From Thermodesulfobacteriota bacterium (GTDB lineage Bacteria > Desulfobacterota > Desulfobulbia > Desulfobulbales > SURF-16): a stretch of 64,000 bases of DNA. The notes below the pieces were generated by a model, which saw only the letters and a program-made list of their open reading frames with translations, ran no database searches and had not been told where the DNA came from. A program made the translations under genes and the position numbers. Below, piece by piece: positions 18,427 to 28,559 of the stretch (its first letter is position 1; each line of letters starts with the position of its first letter). Where the stretch lies: contig JBFMAY010000003.1 in the NCBI GenBank assembly GCA_040755455.1, positions 1 through 64,000 on the forward strand. Reading direction: 5' to 3'.

Positions 18427-19392
18427 TTATGAATTGGCCAGTTTTTCTATGCAGTGCTGCATTCTGTCAATCAGCTTGTCAAGTTCCGGTTTGGTGACCT
18501 GATCGTCCGCCCCGACAGCTTCGCCTTTGCGGCGCAAGGCATCAGTAATCATCGAGGAAAAGAGCAGAATCGGTATTTTCCTGAAGGCCGGTTGCTGTTT
18601 GACACGCATGCAGAAATGATGTCCGTCCATTCGCGGCATTTCAATGTCGGATATGATGGCCAGAATCTTTTTGTCGGCCTCATCCTTTATGCGCAACTCC
18701 TCGAGAAAATCAAAGGCTGCCTGTCCGTCAGGTTTGGGAATCACTTTAAACCCGGCATGCTGCAGGGTGTTGGCCAACTGCATCAGCACGACTCTGGAAT
18801 CATCGACCACCAGCACCGCCTTGGCATATTTTTGCTCGATTTCCTGGGCTTCCTTTTCATCTCGGCTGGATTTCACCACCATGCTCGGATCAACAGTACC
18901 AACGATTCTTTCGAAATCGATCATCTGGATAAGCAGATTATCCACCTGACAGATTCCGGTTACGCTTTGGCTTGAGGCAATCAATTCAGGAGGAGGGGTA
19001 ATCTGCGACCAGGAGATACGATATACCTTGTCCACGCCGTGGGTGATGAAACCGAACGCCTTGCCGTTTAAATCGGCAACAATGACAACCCATTTTCTGT
19101 CACCCTCCTTTCTTTCTTCTGTCTGATAAGAAAACCAATTACAGAGATCAATAAGAGGAATTGTATTGTTGCGGAGCAGGAAAACACCCTTTACGCAGGG
19201 GGCGCTATTTGCCAGTTCAGTGATATTTTCGGGATAGGCAACCAACTCTTTTACCTTTGCCGCATTGATACCATAGGTGTTTTTGTGGCGCAGTTTTGTG
19301 TCAGGATCAAACCACTCAAGATAAAAGGTAATTACTTCAAGCTCGTTTGTGCCGACTTCAAGCAATATATTACTCTTTGATTGCTGAACCAT
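18427..19392 (-). CDS. cheV: Chemotaxis protein CheV (CheW plus receiver)
   Basis: ILLEVGTNELE, YGINAAKVKE, receiver VLVVDDS..ISDIEMPRMDG..GADDQVTKPE. Confidence 0.92.
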   Translation of the reverse strand: MVQQSKSNILLEVGTNELEVITFYLEWFDPDTKLRHKNTYGINAAKVKELVAYPENITELANSAPCVKGVFLLRNNTIPLIDLCNWFSYQTEERKEGDRKWVVIVADLNGKAFGFITHGVDKVYRISWSQITPPPELIASSQSVTGICQVDNLLIQMIDFERIVGTVDPSMVVKSSRDEKEAQEIEQKYAKAVLVVDDSRVVLMQLANTLQHAGFKVIPKPDGQAAFDFLEELRIKDEADKKILAIISDIEMPRMDGHHFCMRVKQQPAFRKIPILLFSSMITDALRRKGEAVGADDQVTKPELDKLIDRMQHCIEKLANS

Positions 19393-19625
19393 GAGGACTG
19401 CTCCGCCTGTGTGAATTATTAAGGAAAAAATCCAACCTCATCTTACATCGCCAACGGCAAAGGATGAATAGTATTGCCGGAAATCGCATCTGCAGCTCAA
19501 TAATTGATTATAGAACAATTATTTTTAAAATAGCCAGCAGCTTTTTGGGTAAGTTAACAGACGCTTGTCTTAGAATGGTCTCTGTGCTATGTTCTTTGAG
19601 AAAATTGAAAAAAGGAGCCTCTCCC

Positions 19626-19847
19626 ATGCGTGAAAAAGTACAGGAAGCATTGAATAAAGTCAGGCCCACCCTGCAGAAAGATGGGGGCGACGTTGTACTC
19701 ATTGAGGTAACGAATGATGGGGTGGTCAAGGTACAACTCACCGGAGCTTGCCGTGGTTGCCCGATGTCTCAGGTTACCTTGAAGGAGGGAATTGAAAAAT
19801 TTCTCAAATCGGAAGTACCTGAGATAGCAGCCGTTGAGGCGGTCTGA
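19626..19847 (+). CDS. NifU/NfuA-like Fe-S carrier domain protein
   Basis: Start placed at ATG 19626 (RBS AAGGAG). VRPTLQKDGGDV..LTGACRGCPMSQVTLK. Confidence 0.92.
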   Translation: MREKVQEALNKVRPTLQKDGGDVVLIEVTNDGVVKVQLTGACRGCPMSQVTLKEGIEKFLKSEVPEIAAVEAV

Positions 19848-19852
19848 TTTTC

Positions 19853-20317
19853 TTATTTGTGATATTTTGTTCCCGCTTTGATGCTGTAAGCCCGATACAG
19901 CTGTTCCAGCAGGAGAAGGCGGGCCATCTCGTGGGTAAATGTCATTCTGGATAGACTCAGCAGCAGATCCGCTCTGGCAATGACCGCCGGGGAAAGCCCA
20001 TCCGGGCCGCCAATAATAAACGATACTACCTGTCTCCCCTGCCCTTCCCAGTTTTCAACCATTCCGGCGAATTCTTCCGAGCTGAGTTGCCGGCCGCCGG
20101 GATCAAGCACTACCACCCAGGCTGACTTGCTACAGTTTTCCAGCAGTTGTTCCCCCTCAAGCCGCATGGCCCGGGCCGTATCTTGAGCGCCTGACCTGTC
20201 TTTGATGATCTTAAAATCCGTCTTCACATAATGGCTGAGACGTTCGCTGAAGTCATCTATCCCCTTTTTCAGGTATGCCTCTTTTGTTTTCCCGGGGAAT
20301 AGCAATTCCAGGCGCAT
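19853..20317 (-). CDS. rlmH: 23S rRNA pseudouridine1915 methyltransferase RlmH
   Basis: FIIGGPDG, LSLSRMTFTHEMARLLLLEQLYRA..YHK. Confidence 0.95.
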   Translation of the reverse strand: MRLELLFPGKTKEAYLKKGIDDFSERLSHYVKTDFKIIKDRSGAQDTARAMRLEGEQLLENCSKSAWVVVLDPGGRQLSSEEFAGMVENWEGQGRQVVSFIIGGPDGLSPAVIARADLLLSLSRMTFTHEMARLLLLEQLYRAYSIKAGTKYHK

Positions 20318-20706
20318 CACTTGTTTTCTTTTGCCTTAAGCAGCGAAGAGAGTATCTCACAGAACTTCTCATAGCCCAGTCCCGCCTTGATGCCGGGACA
20401 TGAGGCGCTGATGGCCGCGAAGTTGTTACGGTCCTGCAGAATACTCGGATGCAGGGGCCACTGGCTGCAGCGCCAGGGTTTGCCGGGATGTATTGTGCAG
20501 CCCATGTCAAAAAAAATACAATGACCATCGATGATTTTCATCTGAATGACGTTGTCGGTGATCCGCAGATATCTCTCCTTCACCTCTTTTTCCGGAATGC
20601 CGATATAGTCCACCATTCTCTGCAGATCGTCATCGGTGAGGGATACGGTTGTTTCACCCTGACAGCAATAACCGCATTGCTGACATTCAAAAATTTCTTC
20701 TTCCAT
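20317..20706 (-). CDS. YkgJ-family (CxxCxxCC) cysteine cluster protein
   Basis: FECQQCGYCC, CIFF..CTIHPGKPWRCSQWP, CPG. Confidence 0.85.
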   Translation of the reverse strand: MEEEIFECQQCGYCCQGETTVSLTDDDLQRMVDYIGIPEKEVKERYLRITDNVIQMKIIDGHCIFFDMGCTIHPGKPWRCSQWPLHPSILQDRNNFAAISASCPGIKAGLGYEKFCEILSSLLKAKENK

Positions 20707-20739
20707 GTTATTCCTTATAGAGTAGATTGCGGTGATGCG

Positions 20740-21306
20740 CTATGCCTTGCCGGTCACTTCTCCGAAAAGACTGATATCAATTCCATGTTTTAAGGTAATT
20801 TTTTCCCACATTTTTTCAGGGGCAATGTAGAATATGTCCTCATAATCCGCCGGGAGTGTTAACCAGCCGTCCTGGGACAGTTCATATTCAAGCTGCCCGG
20901 GCCCCCAACCCGAATAGCCAAGGAAAAAACGGTAGTCCTGCGGCCCCTTGTTGATGGCTATGTCCTGCAGGATTTGCGGATCTCTTGACATGCGGACCTT
21001 GCTGCCGATCTCGAGATACTGCCTGGCATGATAATCACTTGAATGGAGAATAAAAACCGCTTCAAGCTCGACGGGTCCTCCAAGGAATATGGATGGGAGC
21101 TTCATATCCGGTACAGGCATATTCATGCTATCATAAAGCGCAGCAAGCGACACATCCTCGACCGGCTGATTTAACACCACGCCCATGGCCCCCTCTTCAG
21201 GCTCATGTGAGCACATATAGATTACTTTGCGGACAAAACGCGGATCAGGCATCTGGGGCGTGGCAATCAAAAAATAGCCTGTCAGGCTGTTTATCGTCAG
21301 TTCCAT
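20740..21306 (-). CDS. YqgE/AlgH family protein
   Basis: FLIATPQMPDPRF, GGPVE, FLGYSGWGPGQLEYEL. Start placed at ATG 21306. Confidence 0.92.
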   Translation of the reverse strand: MELTINSLTGYFLIATPQMPDPRFVRKVIYMCSHEPEEGAMGVVLNQPVEDVSLAALYDSMNMPVPDMKLPSIFLGGPVELEAVFILHSSDYHARQYLEIGSKVRMSRDPQILQDIAINKGPQDYRFFLGYSGWGPGQLEYELSQDGWLTLPADYEDIFYIAPEKMWEKITLKHGIDISLFGEVTGKA

Positions 21307-21554
21307 AAAAAAAACCATTGGCAAAAGGATCGCGCAGAAAAGAAATATTTTATAAAATCCTGCCTCGCAGCTTATCAAAGTAAAAAAGTGTGTCAAGTGC
21401 GATGTTGGTAAAGAAAAATAATAGAGATTGTTTGGGGAAATATGCTACAGTTTTTCTAAAAAAAAGGTAATAGTGTTCAGATCGCGCCATCCATTTTCTT
21501 GCGCGCGGCAAATGACCAGAAGATTTACATAATGTGATAAATTAAAGGAATACC

Positions 21555-23756
21555 ATGACTCTCGATATAACACAGGAACTCAACAAAGTCATTGCGTCGG
21601 ATCACCATGATCCCTTTCTGGTGCTTGGCGTTCATGTTTTGGAACATGATCCCAATTCCGCCGTCATCCGCACCTTTCTGCCGCTGGCCGAATCCGTGCG
21701 GCTTGTTCTGGATGGGGAAAAAAGGGACATGTACAAAATGCGGGAAGAGGGACTTTTTGAAATTGTCGTTCCCGACTATGTCGTCCCCTTTAAATATTCT
21801 TTTGAAGCGACATACTATAACAATGAAATCCGTTCCCATATCGATCCCTATCAGTTTCTGCCCCAGCTTTCGGAATATGACCGCCACCTTTTCAATCATG
21901 GCACCCATTATTTTCTCTATGACAAACTGGGTGCTCACCCGACCGTGATCAACGGCATTGAGGGGACAATCTTCCGCGTCTGGGCCCCTGCCGCCCGCCG
22001 GGTCAGCGTTATCGGCAATTTCAATTACTGGGACGGCAGAGTTCACCAGATGCGAGTGCTAGGTTCATCCGGCATATGGGAACTGTTTCTGCCCGGTATT
22101 TCCCTGGGTGAAATCTATAAGTATGAAATCCGCACACCAACCAATGACATCGTGGAAAAGGCGGATCCTTTCCAGTTTTTTGCTGAGGTGCGGCCTAAAA
22201 GCGCTTCAATTGTCTGGAATATCAACAATTATGAATGGCAAGACCAGTCCTGGGTTGAGAAAAGACGCGGCAGGAAATTATATGATCAACCTGTTTCGGT
22301 CTACGAGGTTCACCTGGGATCCTGGCAGCGTGATCCTTCCAATCCCGAGAGATTCCTTTCCTTCCGGGAACTGGCCGGTAGCCTTGTCCCCTATGTGAAG
22401 AAGATGGGATTTACCCATATCGAACTCATGCCGATCATGGAGCATCCCTTTGATGAATCGTGGGGATATCAAACCACAGGCTATTTTTCCGTCACCAGCA
22501 GATTCGGCACACCCCAGGATTTCATGTACTTTGTCGATTGCTGCCACCAACATGATATCGGCGTTATCCTAGACTGGGTTCCGTCCCACTTTCCTACGGA
22601 CGGTCACAGTCTGGGCCGCTTTGACGGCACCGCCCTTTATGAACACGAAGATCCACGGCAGGGATCCCATCCGGAATGGCGGACATTGATCTTCAACTAT
22701 GCCCGCCGGGAAGTGAGTAATTTTCTCATTGCCAGTGCCCTCATCTGGTTTGATAAATTTCATATCGATGGTATTCGGGTAGATGCCGTGGCCTCCATGC
22801 TTTACCTGGATTACGGCAGACAGGATGGCAACTGGATCCCCAATCCGTATGGCGGCAAGGAAAATCTTGAGGCCATCGAGTTCATCAAACATCTTAACGC
22901 CATTATTTATCAGCGTTTTCCGGATGCCGCCATGATCGCCGAGGAGTCAACGAGCTTCTATGGTGTTTCCAAAGCAACAGACCAGGGCGGCCTGGGGTTC
23001 GGCTTCAAATGGAACATGGGCTGGATGAACGATATGCTCGATTATTTCAGCCGCGATCCCCTATACCGCAAATTTCATCACAATAATCTCACCTTTTCGC
23101 TGCTCTATGCCTTTTCTGAGAATTTCATCCTGCCGCTCTCCCACGATGAGGTGGTGCATGGCAAGAGATCGCTTCTTGCAAAAATGCCGGGCGACCGCTG
23201 GCAGCAATTCGCCAACCTGCGTCTTCTCTTTTTATTTTTTTGGACCCATCCAGGGAAAAAACTTCTCTTCATGGGCGGGGAATTCGGTCAGATTTCAGAA
23301 TGGTACTGCAAGGTGAGTCTGGACTGGCATCTGGCGGAGCAGGAAGCCCTCCATCATCAGTTGCAGTATTTTGTGCAAAGACTCAACGAGCTGTACAAAT
23401 CTGTGCCAGCCCTGTGGGAAGTGGACTTTTCCCATACCGGCTTCAAGTGGATGGACTTCAAGGATGTGGACCACTCCATCATCGCTTTCGCCCGTTTCGG
23501 TAAAAATCCGGCCGATCATGTGGTCTGCCTGCTCAACATGACGCCGGAGGTCCACTATAATTACCGGATCGGGGTCCCAGAGCTGACTGACTACAAGGAG
23601 ATTTTCTGCTCCGATGACAGTTCATTCGGCGGCAGCAATGTGAGCAATCCGGACGTCAAGGTTGCCTGTGCCGAACCCTTCGGCGAGGCGCAGTATCATA
23701 TCAAGGTGACCGTGCCACCACTGGCAGGCATCGTTTACCGGCCCGCGAGAAAATAG
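21555..23756 (+). CDS. glgB: 1,4-alpha-glucan branching enzyme
   Basis: FRVWAP, YEVHLGSW, LDWVPSHFP, DGIRVDAVASMLY, AEESTS, LPLSHDEVVHGK. Confidence 0.97.
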   Translation: MTLDITQELNKVIASDHHDPFLVLGVHVLEHDPNSAVIRTFLPLAESVRLVLDGEKRDMYKMREEGLFEIVVPDYVVPFKYSFEATYYNNEIRSHIDPYQFLPQLSEYDRHLFNHGTHYFLYDKLGAHPTVINGIEGTIFRVWAPAARRVSVIGNFNYWDGRVHQMRVLGSSGIWELFLPGISLGEIYKYEIRTPTNDIVEKADPFQFFAEVRPKSASIVWNINNYEWQDQSWVEKRRGRKLYDQPVSVYEVHLGSWQRDPSNPERFLSFRELAGSLVPYVKKMGFTHIELMPIMEHPFDESWGYQTTGYFSVTSRFGTPQDFMYFVDCCHQHDIGVILDWVPSHFPTDGHSLGRFDGTALYEHEDPRQGSHPEWRTLIFNYARREVSNFLIASALIWFDKFHIDGIRVDAVASMLYLDYGRQDGNWIPNPYGGKENLEAIEFIKHLNAIIYQRFPDAAMIAEESTSFYGVSKATDQGGLGFGFKWNMGWMNDMLDYFSRDPLYRKFHHNNLTFSLLYAFSENFILPLSHDEVVHGKRSLLAKMPGDRWQQFANLRLLFLFFWTHPGKKLLFMGGEFGQISEWYCKVSLDWHLAEQEALHHQLQYFVQRLNELYKSVPALWEVDFSHTGFKWMDFKDVDHSIIAFARFGKNPADHVVCLLNMTPEVHYNYRIGVPELTDYKEIFCSDDSSFGGSNVSNPDVKVACAEPFGEAQYHIKVTVPPLAGIVYRPARK

Positions 23757-23767
23757 AGGATCAATCC

Positions 23768-23968
23768 ATGTCCCATTCAATGCAGCCTCCAGGTGATAAA
23801 ATGAAAAAGGTGCTCCGCTGGGTATGTGAAGTTCTGGCGGAGCATCCGGAAAAAAAGCGGGCGGACGTTTTCCATGAGGCTCAGCTGCGTTTTGACCTCT
23901 CCCCCCTGGAATGCGAGTTTTTAAACACCCATTTCGCCAAAGAGGATAGTGCCCACGAGCGGTTATAA
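23768..23968 (+). CDS. Small hypothetical protein (66 aa)
   Basis: RBS GAGGA, follows glgB directly. Pattern KKVLRWV..EA.LRFDLSPLECEFL resembles small conserved deltaproteobacterial proteins. Confidence 0.7.
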   Translation: MSHSMQPPGDKMKKVLRWVCEVLAEHPEKKRADVFHEAQLRFDLSPLECEFLNTHFAKEDSAHERL

Positions 23969-24979
23969 TTTCCATCCCCAGAAATGCAGGAATTCCGCAA
24001 AGTTGCGCATGTCGGACTCGCTCCGGCGCCAGGGTTTGAGGCTGGTGTAAAATGTCGTTTTCGAGGTGAGAGGATCACCATACTCCTTGTCGCAACCGAC
24101 ATTCAGATCAAGCGCCCACCAGCTTATCAGCAGCATTTCCCATGGCTTGTAAGAGCCTTTCACATAGCCGCTGCGCCACCCGTCCTCTGCAAAAAAGGCT
24201 GTGGCGCTGCCATCTTCCAGGGGAATTGTCTGTAATGCCGACATGGGTTCCAGGCGGATGGGGAGCGGCTCGTAATTTCCCCTGAGTCCCCCCTCCTCCA
24301 TCATTTGCAGATGCATCACCCGGTGTGTTCCGTCCCGCAGAAAGACGAGCAATTTCTCTTTTTCCCCGGAGCCAGCCGCATAGTCGAGCAGCGCCGGGAG
24401 ACTTTCGCCCCAGAGCTTTTTCTTGGTTTGCTGCCATCCGTCCGGAAATGCCTGGGGCGGCAGATACGAGGTGGGCGTTATCACACAGTAGCAGCCGCAG
24501 GTATGGACCGTCGTCACCAGAAGCGGCTGATTTTTGCTGTCCAAGGTGACGATGACCAGCAGACCGGGATTGTTTCCCGCCGTCACATGAAATGGGATGA
24601 GATTAAAGGGTATCCGCGCAAAATGGATACGGTAGATCAGGTTGATATAGCTGCCTTCTGCGGTGGAAAAGTTCCGCTGTTCCGCAAACATGACCGCCTC
24701 CGCCGGATCGATGAAAATCTCCTCCTGCCTGGTCTCTTTTGTGCCAAAACGGGCGGCGGGCCTGCCGATACGGTTATAATTTTCTTTGTATGTCTGCAGG
24801 ACGAACAAAGGGGCGAAACGGGCCAGCAGGTTCTCCTCTTCGGCGGGAACGTATATCTTGGCAGGGGCATCGGCTATGGTGCCGGACAGGGTAACGCAGG
24901 AGCTGAGCAGCAAGGGTGCAAGAAAAATCAACAGCCAGGGCAAGAGAATTTTTTGACAAAAGGTGAACAGCTTGAGCAT
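23963..24979 (-). CDS. Hypothetical lipoprotein
   Basis: Lipobox LLSSC after a hydrophobic signal, HTCGCY motif, last gene of a long minus-strand run. Confidence 0.7.
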   Translation of the reverse strand: MLKLFTFCQKILLPWLLIFLAPLLLSSCVTLSGTIADAPAKIYVPAEEENLLARFAPLFVLQTYKENYNRIGRPAARFGTKETRQEEIFIDPAEAVMFAEQRNFSTAEGSYINLIYRIHFARIPFNLIPFHVTAGNNPGLLVIVTLDSKNQPLLVTTVHTCGCYCVITPTSYLPPQAFPDGWQQTKKKLWGESLPALLDYAAGSGEKEKLLVFLRDGTHRVMHLQMMEEGGLRGNYEPLPIRLEPMSALQTIPLEDGSATAFFAEDGWRSGYVKGSYKPWEMLLISWWALDLNVGCDKEYGDPLTSKTTFYTSLKPWRRSESDMRNFAEFLHFWGWKL

Positions 24980-24999
24980 CTTCTTGGTACCGCCTCTTG

Positions 25000-25449
25000 T
25001 TAATGGCTTTCTTTTTTACCGAGGGTTGGGATCTTCAGATACTGCACCCCTTCCTTATCGAGCATTTTTTCCTCTGCCGGCGTCACCACGCCTCTAATAT
25101 TTTTTGCTTCTTCCACGCCATAGTGGATTTTTAGTGTTCTCCGGGCAAAGTCACTGCCCACATCCTCGAAATTTTTTTCAACAAACTCCTGTATTGTCTG
25201 AATGGTCTGCTCCAGTGAGTCAACCAGGCGGGCTGGGTCGGTTACGGAAGGCGATTGCCCATCAGCCGGGTTTCTGGAAGACTTTTTCTGGTAAGCAACA
25301 GGCGATAAGAGCTTACGGAGACATTGTCTGCCCCCGCACTTCGGGCAGGTGAGCAGCCCTTCCCTGTCCTGGCTGGCAAATTCTTCGTGATCCTTGAACC
25401 AGCCCTCAAAGTGAAAACCGCATTGGCATGCAAGATCAAAAACAATCAT
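25000..25449 (-). CDS. DUF1178 family zinc-ribbon protein
   Basis: MIVFDLACQCGFHFEGWF..CPKCG..NFEDVGSDFA..KIHYG..NIRG. ATGA overlap with the upstream gene. Confidence 0.88.
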   Translation of the reverse strand: MIVFDLACQCGFHFEGWFKDHEEFASQDREGLLTCPKCGGRQCLRKLLSPVAYQKKSSRNPADGQSPSVTDPARLVDSLEQTIQTIQEFVEKNFEDVGSDFARRTLKIHYGVEEAKNIRGVVTPAEEKMLDKEGVQYLKIPTLGKKESH

Positions 25450-26513
25450 GTGTTCAACCACTCTGTATAGCTGCCGGCAAGAGCAGACCAGGAGAACTGC
25501 TCGGTAAGCTCCCGGGCGGAAATATCATCAAGTCTCCTGCCCTGCAGTCCCTCTCTTATTCGATACAATAAATCCTCATCATGATAAAGATAATTCGGGG
25601 GAAAAAGTTCCGGATAAGAAAGTCTGTCCGGCAGCAGCGGCCGGCAACCGGCACGCACCGCCTCAATGACCGCAATACCGTAGAATTCATGATTGGCGGT
25701 GGATACGATAAGGGTGCCCCGGCGCAGCCATTGGCAATATTTTTCCCTTTCCGTCACATAACCGACATGGAGCAGCCTGTGCCCAAGTCTCTCCCGCATC
25801 TTATCAAAAATTTCGGGCTGTTGCTCAAAAGACTGACCAAGAATAACAAGCTGAAAGTCCACCTGCAGGTCATCAAGCTGAAAGAGGGTGCGGAAAAAGA
25901 GTTCCGGGTTCTTGTCATATTCCCAGCGGTGATTCCAGATGATAACCGGTCGGTCGTTAACATGGGCGGCAGACGGCACGGCGTCAAGCTGGGAAAAATC
26001 GACGCCCGGATGCAACACGACGGATTTCTTGCGCAGCTCTTTTGTCATGTCCAGTTTCATATCAGGAATCTTCTTTTCAATTGCCGCACACCCCATGAAA
26101 AAGGATTCCATATTGTACAGGGAATTAAAGGCCACCCGGTCGGAGCAGCACGCAGTGGTGAAGTTGGTCACGGCAAAATGCATATCGCGTTCGTATTCAA
26201 CCTGCACCGGATAGGCAAACTGGTTTTCATGGAAATAGGTGAAAACAGGCACCTCCCGCAACCAGCCGGGCCCCATGCCGCGCAGGGCCGCCACATCGAC
26301 AAAGGTTGAGCAGAGTAGCGCATCGCAATTTCGTGCTGCCGGCAGCCGGGCGGCGAAATACGGCGCGGAAAAGCGCATCCTCCACTTCCATCCCCGCGCC
26401 GGCAGGGTGATCAGGTGAAAGGAAAAGGGCAGATATTTTTGCAGCCCGGCCAGGAAGCTCTGATGGGAACCGCCGTAATACGGTTCAAGGACGAGGATGT
26501 TCTTCCTGGCCAA
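25446..26513 (-). CDS. DUF3524 / GT4 glycosyltransferase (GTDC1/QTMAN-like)
   Basis: LEPYYGGSH, LPARGWKWRMR, YFHENQFAYP, FNSLYN, WNHRWEYDKNP, STANHEFYGIAVIEAV, RLSYPEL. TTG start. Confidence 0.85.
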   Translation of the reverse strand: MARKNILVLEPYYGGSHQSFLAGLQKYLPFSFHLITLPARGWKWRMRFSAPYFAARLPAARNCDALLCSTFVDVAALRGMGPGWLREVPVFTYFHENQFAYPVQVEYERDMHFAVTNFTTACCSDRVAFNSLYNMESFFMGCAAIEKKIPDMKLDMTKELRKKSVVLHPGVDFSQLDAVPSAAHVNDRPVIIWNHRWEYDKNPELFFRTLFQLDDLQVDFQLVILGQSFEQQPEIFDKMRERLGHRLLHVGYVTEREKYCQWLRRGTLIVSTANHEFYGIAVIEAVRAGCRPLLPDRLSYPELFPPNYLYHDEDLLYRIREGLQGRRLDDISARELTEQFSWSALAGSYTEWLNT

Positions 26514-27701
26514 CTAGGCCTCTCCCAAGGTGGCCATCGCCTGTTTGAATGCCGGGGCGGAACGGGCGATGACATCATCATCGACACAGAAAGCCAGGCG
26601 GATATAGCCTGGCATGCCAAAGCCGCGTCCCGGCACGGCAAGAATCTTATATTTCTGCAGATGGGCGACAAACCGCACATCATCGGCGATTGGGGTTTGG
26701 GGGAAGATGTAGAAGGCGCCCTTCGGCGGGGTAAAAGCAAAGCCGGCAGCGGTAAGAATATCACAGAATGTCCTGCGCCGGCGGGCGTAAATGGAGGTAT
26801 CCACGGTCACCCCCTGCAGTTCGGCGACAACCCGTTGCATCAGCGCCGGGGCATTGACAAAGCCGAGAATTCTGTTGGCCAGGGTCATGGCGGCAAGCAG
26901 ACCGTTTTTTTCCATGATCTCGGGATGGACGGCAATATAACCGATCCGCTCACCCGGCAAGGACAGGTCCTTGGAGTAGCTGGAGACGACGATACTGTTG
27001 GGGTAACTCTGGAAGATACTGGGCACCTGATGGTCGTCAAAGATGATTTTACGGTACGGCTCGTCACTTAAGAGAAAGATGGTTGAGCCGAATTTCTCCT
27101 GGCTGGCGGATAACAAAATGCCCAGGGCCTGCAGGTCCTTTTCCGGGTAAATCTGTCCGGTGGGGTTATTGGGACTGTTGATGATGATGGCCTTTGTTTT
27201 ATCGGTAATCGCCCCCTGGATGGCAGCAAGATCCAGATTAAAATCATTTTTTGTCGGCACGACGACACTTTTGCCGCCCTGATTATCGATATAAAACTTA
27301 TATTCCACAAAAAAAGGGGCAAGGATGATGACCTCATCGTCAGGATCAAGAATTGCCTTGAGGACGACATTCAATGCCCCTGCTGCGCCGCAGGTCATCA
27401 GGATCTCATCAGCCCCTACCAGCATGGCCTGTTCCCTGGAGATCTGGCCGGCCACCGCTTCACGCACAAAGAGATAACCGCTGTTGGGCATATAACTGTG
27501 AACGCCCGCCGCATTGTCTGTAGCGATCTTCCTCAATACCGTATCAAACTGGGGAGGCGGGGCGATATCTGGATTGCCCAGGCTGAAATCAAAGACATTT
27601 TCGGCACCGAACTGTTTTTTTAATTTCGCCCCCTCTTCAAACATCTTGCGGATCCAGGAGGAGACGGTTGCAAACTCATGCATTTTTTTTGATATGCCCA
27701 T
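26514..27701 (-). CDS. PLP-dependent class I (aspartate-type) aminotransferase
   Basis: SSWIRKMFEEG, FDFSLGNP, INSPNNPTG, SDEPY, SYSKDLSLPGERIG. Confidence 0.92.
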   Translation of the reverse strand: MGISKKMHEFATVSSWIRKMFEEGAKLKKQFGAENVFDFSLGNPDIAPPPQFDTVLRKIATDNAAGVHSYMPNSGYLFVREAVAGQISREQAMLVGADEILMTCGAAGALNVVLKAILDPDDEVIILAPFFVEYKFYIDNQGGKSVVVPTKNDFNLDLAAIQGAITDKTKAIIINSPNNPTGQIYPEKDLQALGILLSASQEKFGSTIFLLSDEPYRKIIFDDHQVPSIFQSYPNSIVVSSYSKDLSLPGERIGYIAVHPEIMEKNGLLAAMTLANRILGFVNAPALMQRVVAELQGVTVDTSIYARRRRTFCDILTAAGFAFTPPKGAFYIFPQTPIADDVRFVAHLQKYKILAVPGRGFGMPGYIRLAFCVDDDVIARSAPAFKQAMATLGEA

Positions 27702-27722
27702 AAAATAACGGTCCTTCAAATG

Positions 27723-28559
27723 TTAATGTTGATTATCGAATTTTTTCTTAAAATACTGATATGCCGCATTTATCTCTTTCATTTTCTCTTCGGCAACCCC
27801 CCTGAATTCCTCGCCGAGATGGCCGACCTTGTCCGGGTGGTAGGTCATGCTCAGCTTGCGGTAGGCCTTTTTAATCTCTTCAAAAGTTGCATCAGGTTGC
27901 AGGCCCAATGTCTCATAATATTGCTGTTCCAGATTGACAGCGGTTCGCCGCATATGAATATACCGGCTTTGAATGGTCTGGAGATCGTAAGGGGAAAGCT
28001 CCAGATATTCAGCGATATTTCTTGCCAGTTCCAGTTCCTGATCCGTGACACGCACATTGGAAAAAAAGACCTGATAAACAAGCTCCACCAGGATAAGCCG
28101 CGGCTCATAGGTGAATGAGCTCCTGAACTGGGCCAGCAGCGTTTCAAGCGAATCCGGGTTGTGGGTTGCATCCTTGATCAGCTCATTGACCCAGAACATC
28201 TGGTTCTGATTGTAATGGAGATTGGCGCGGAAGAAATTCTTGATCGTCTGCAGCTCCGCCCGGGTGATATTGCCGTCAAATTGCGCGACTTTTACCAGAA
28301 TATGGACCAGTAGCGAGACGAAATTCTTGCGGGCTTCCGTCTGGATCTGCTCATATTCGCTCACCTTGCGGCGGATATAGTAGGAAAAAGCCCAGAATGC
28401 GACAAACAGGGCCAGAAAAAGAAACACCCCAGCGGCCAGCATTATGCCGATCACATCGATAAGCAGGGGCGCGCCGCCAAAGGCCAGCAGAATAAGGGCG
28501 ACAACCAGCAGACATCCGCCGCAGCCGGGTTGGTTATGATAATGGTACTGGTATTTCAT
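27723..28559 (-). CDS. DjlA-like membrane co-chaperone (TerB-like plus J domain)
   Basis: N-terminal TMs, [13 protein letters not shown]-terminal J domain YYETLGL..YHPDKV. Confidence 0.85.
   Translation of the reverse strand: MKYQYHYHNQPGCGGCLLVVALILLAFGGAPLLIDVIGIMLAAGVFLFLALFVAFWAFSYYIRRKVSEYEQIQTEARKNFVSLLVHILVKVAQFDGNITRAELQTIKNFFRANLHYNQNQMFWVNELIKDATHNPDSLETLLAQFRSSFTYEPRLILVELVYQVFFSNVRVTDQELELARNIAEYLELSPYDLQTIQSRYIHMRRTAVNLEQQYYETLGLQPDATFEEIKKAYRKLSMTYHPDKVGHLGEEFRGVAEEKMKEINAAYQYFKKKFDNQH

Noticed and set aside
19440..19475. Possible sigma28 promoter upstream of cheV
   Set aside because: Only a weak -10-like GGCGATGT, with a poor -35 match and spacing.
19464..19625. N-terminal extensions in the ORF track (also 9148, 5138, 21396, 29707, 32260, 45108, 48573, 53648, 58784)
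   Set aside because: Downstream starts fit RBS position and/or family N-termini better, so the extensions are longest-ORF artefacts.
19845..19862. Sec readthrough at other TGA stops (NfuA-like, CAP protein, zinc-ribbon protein, valS)
   Set aside because: These proteins are already complete at the TGA. For the NfuA-like gene the frame closes again within 5 codons.
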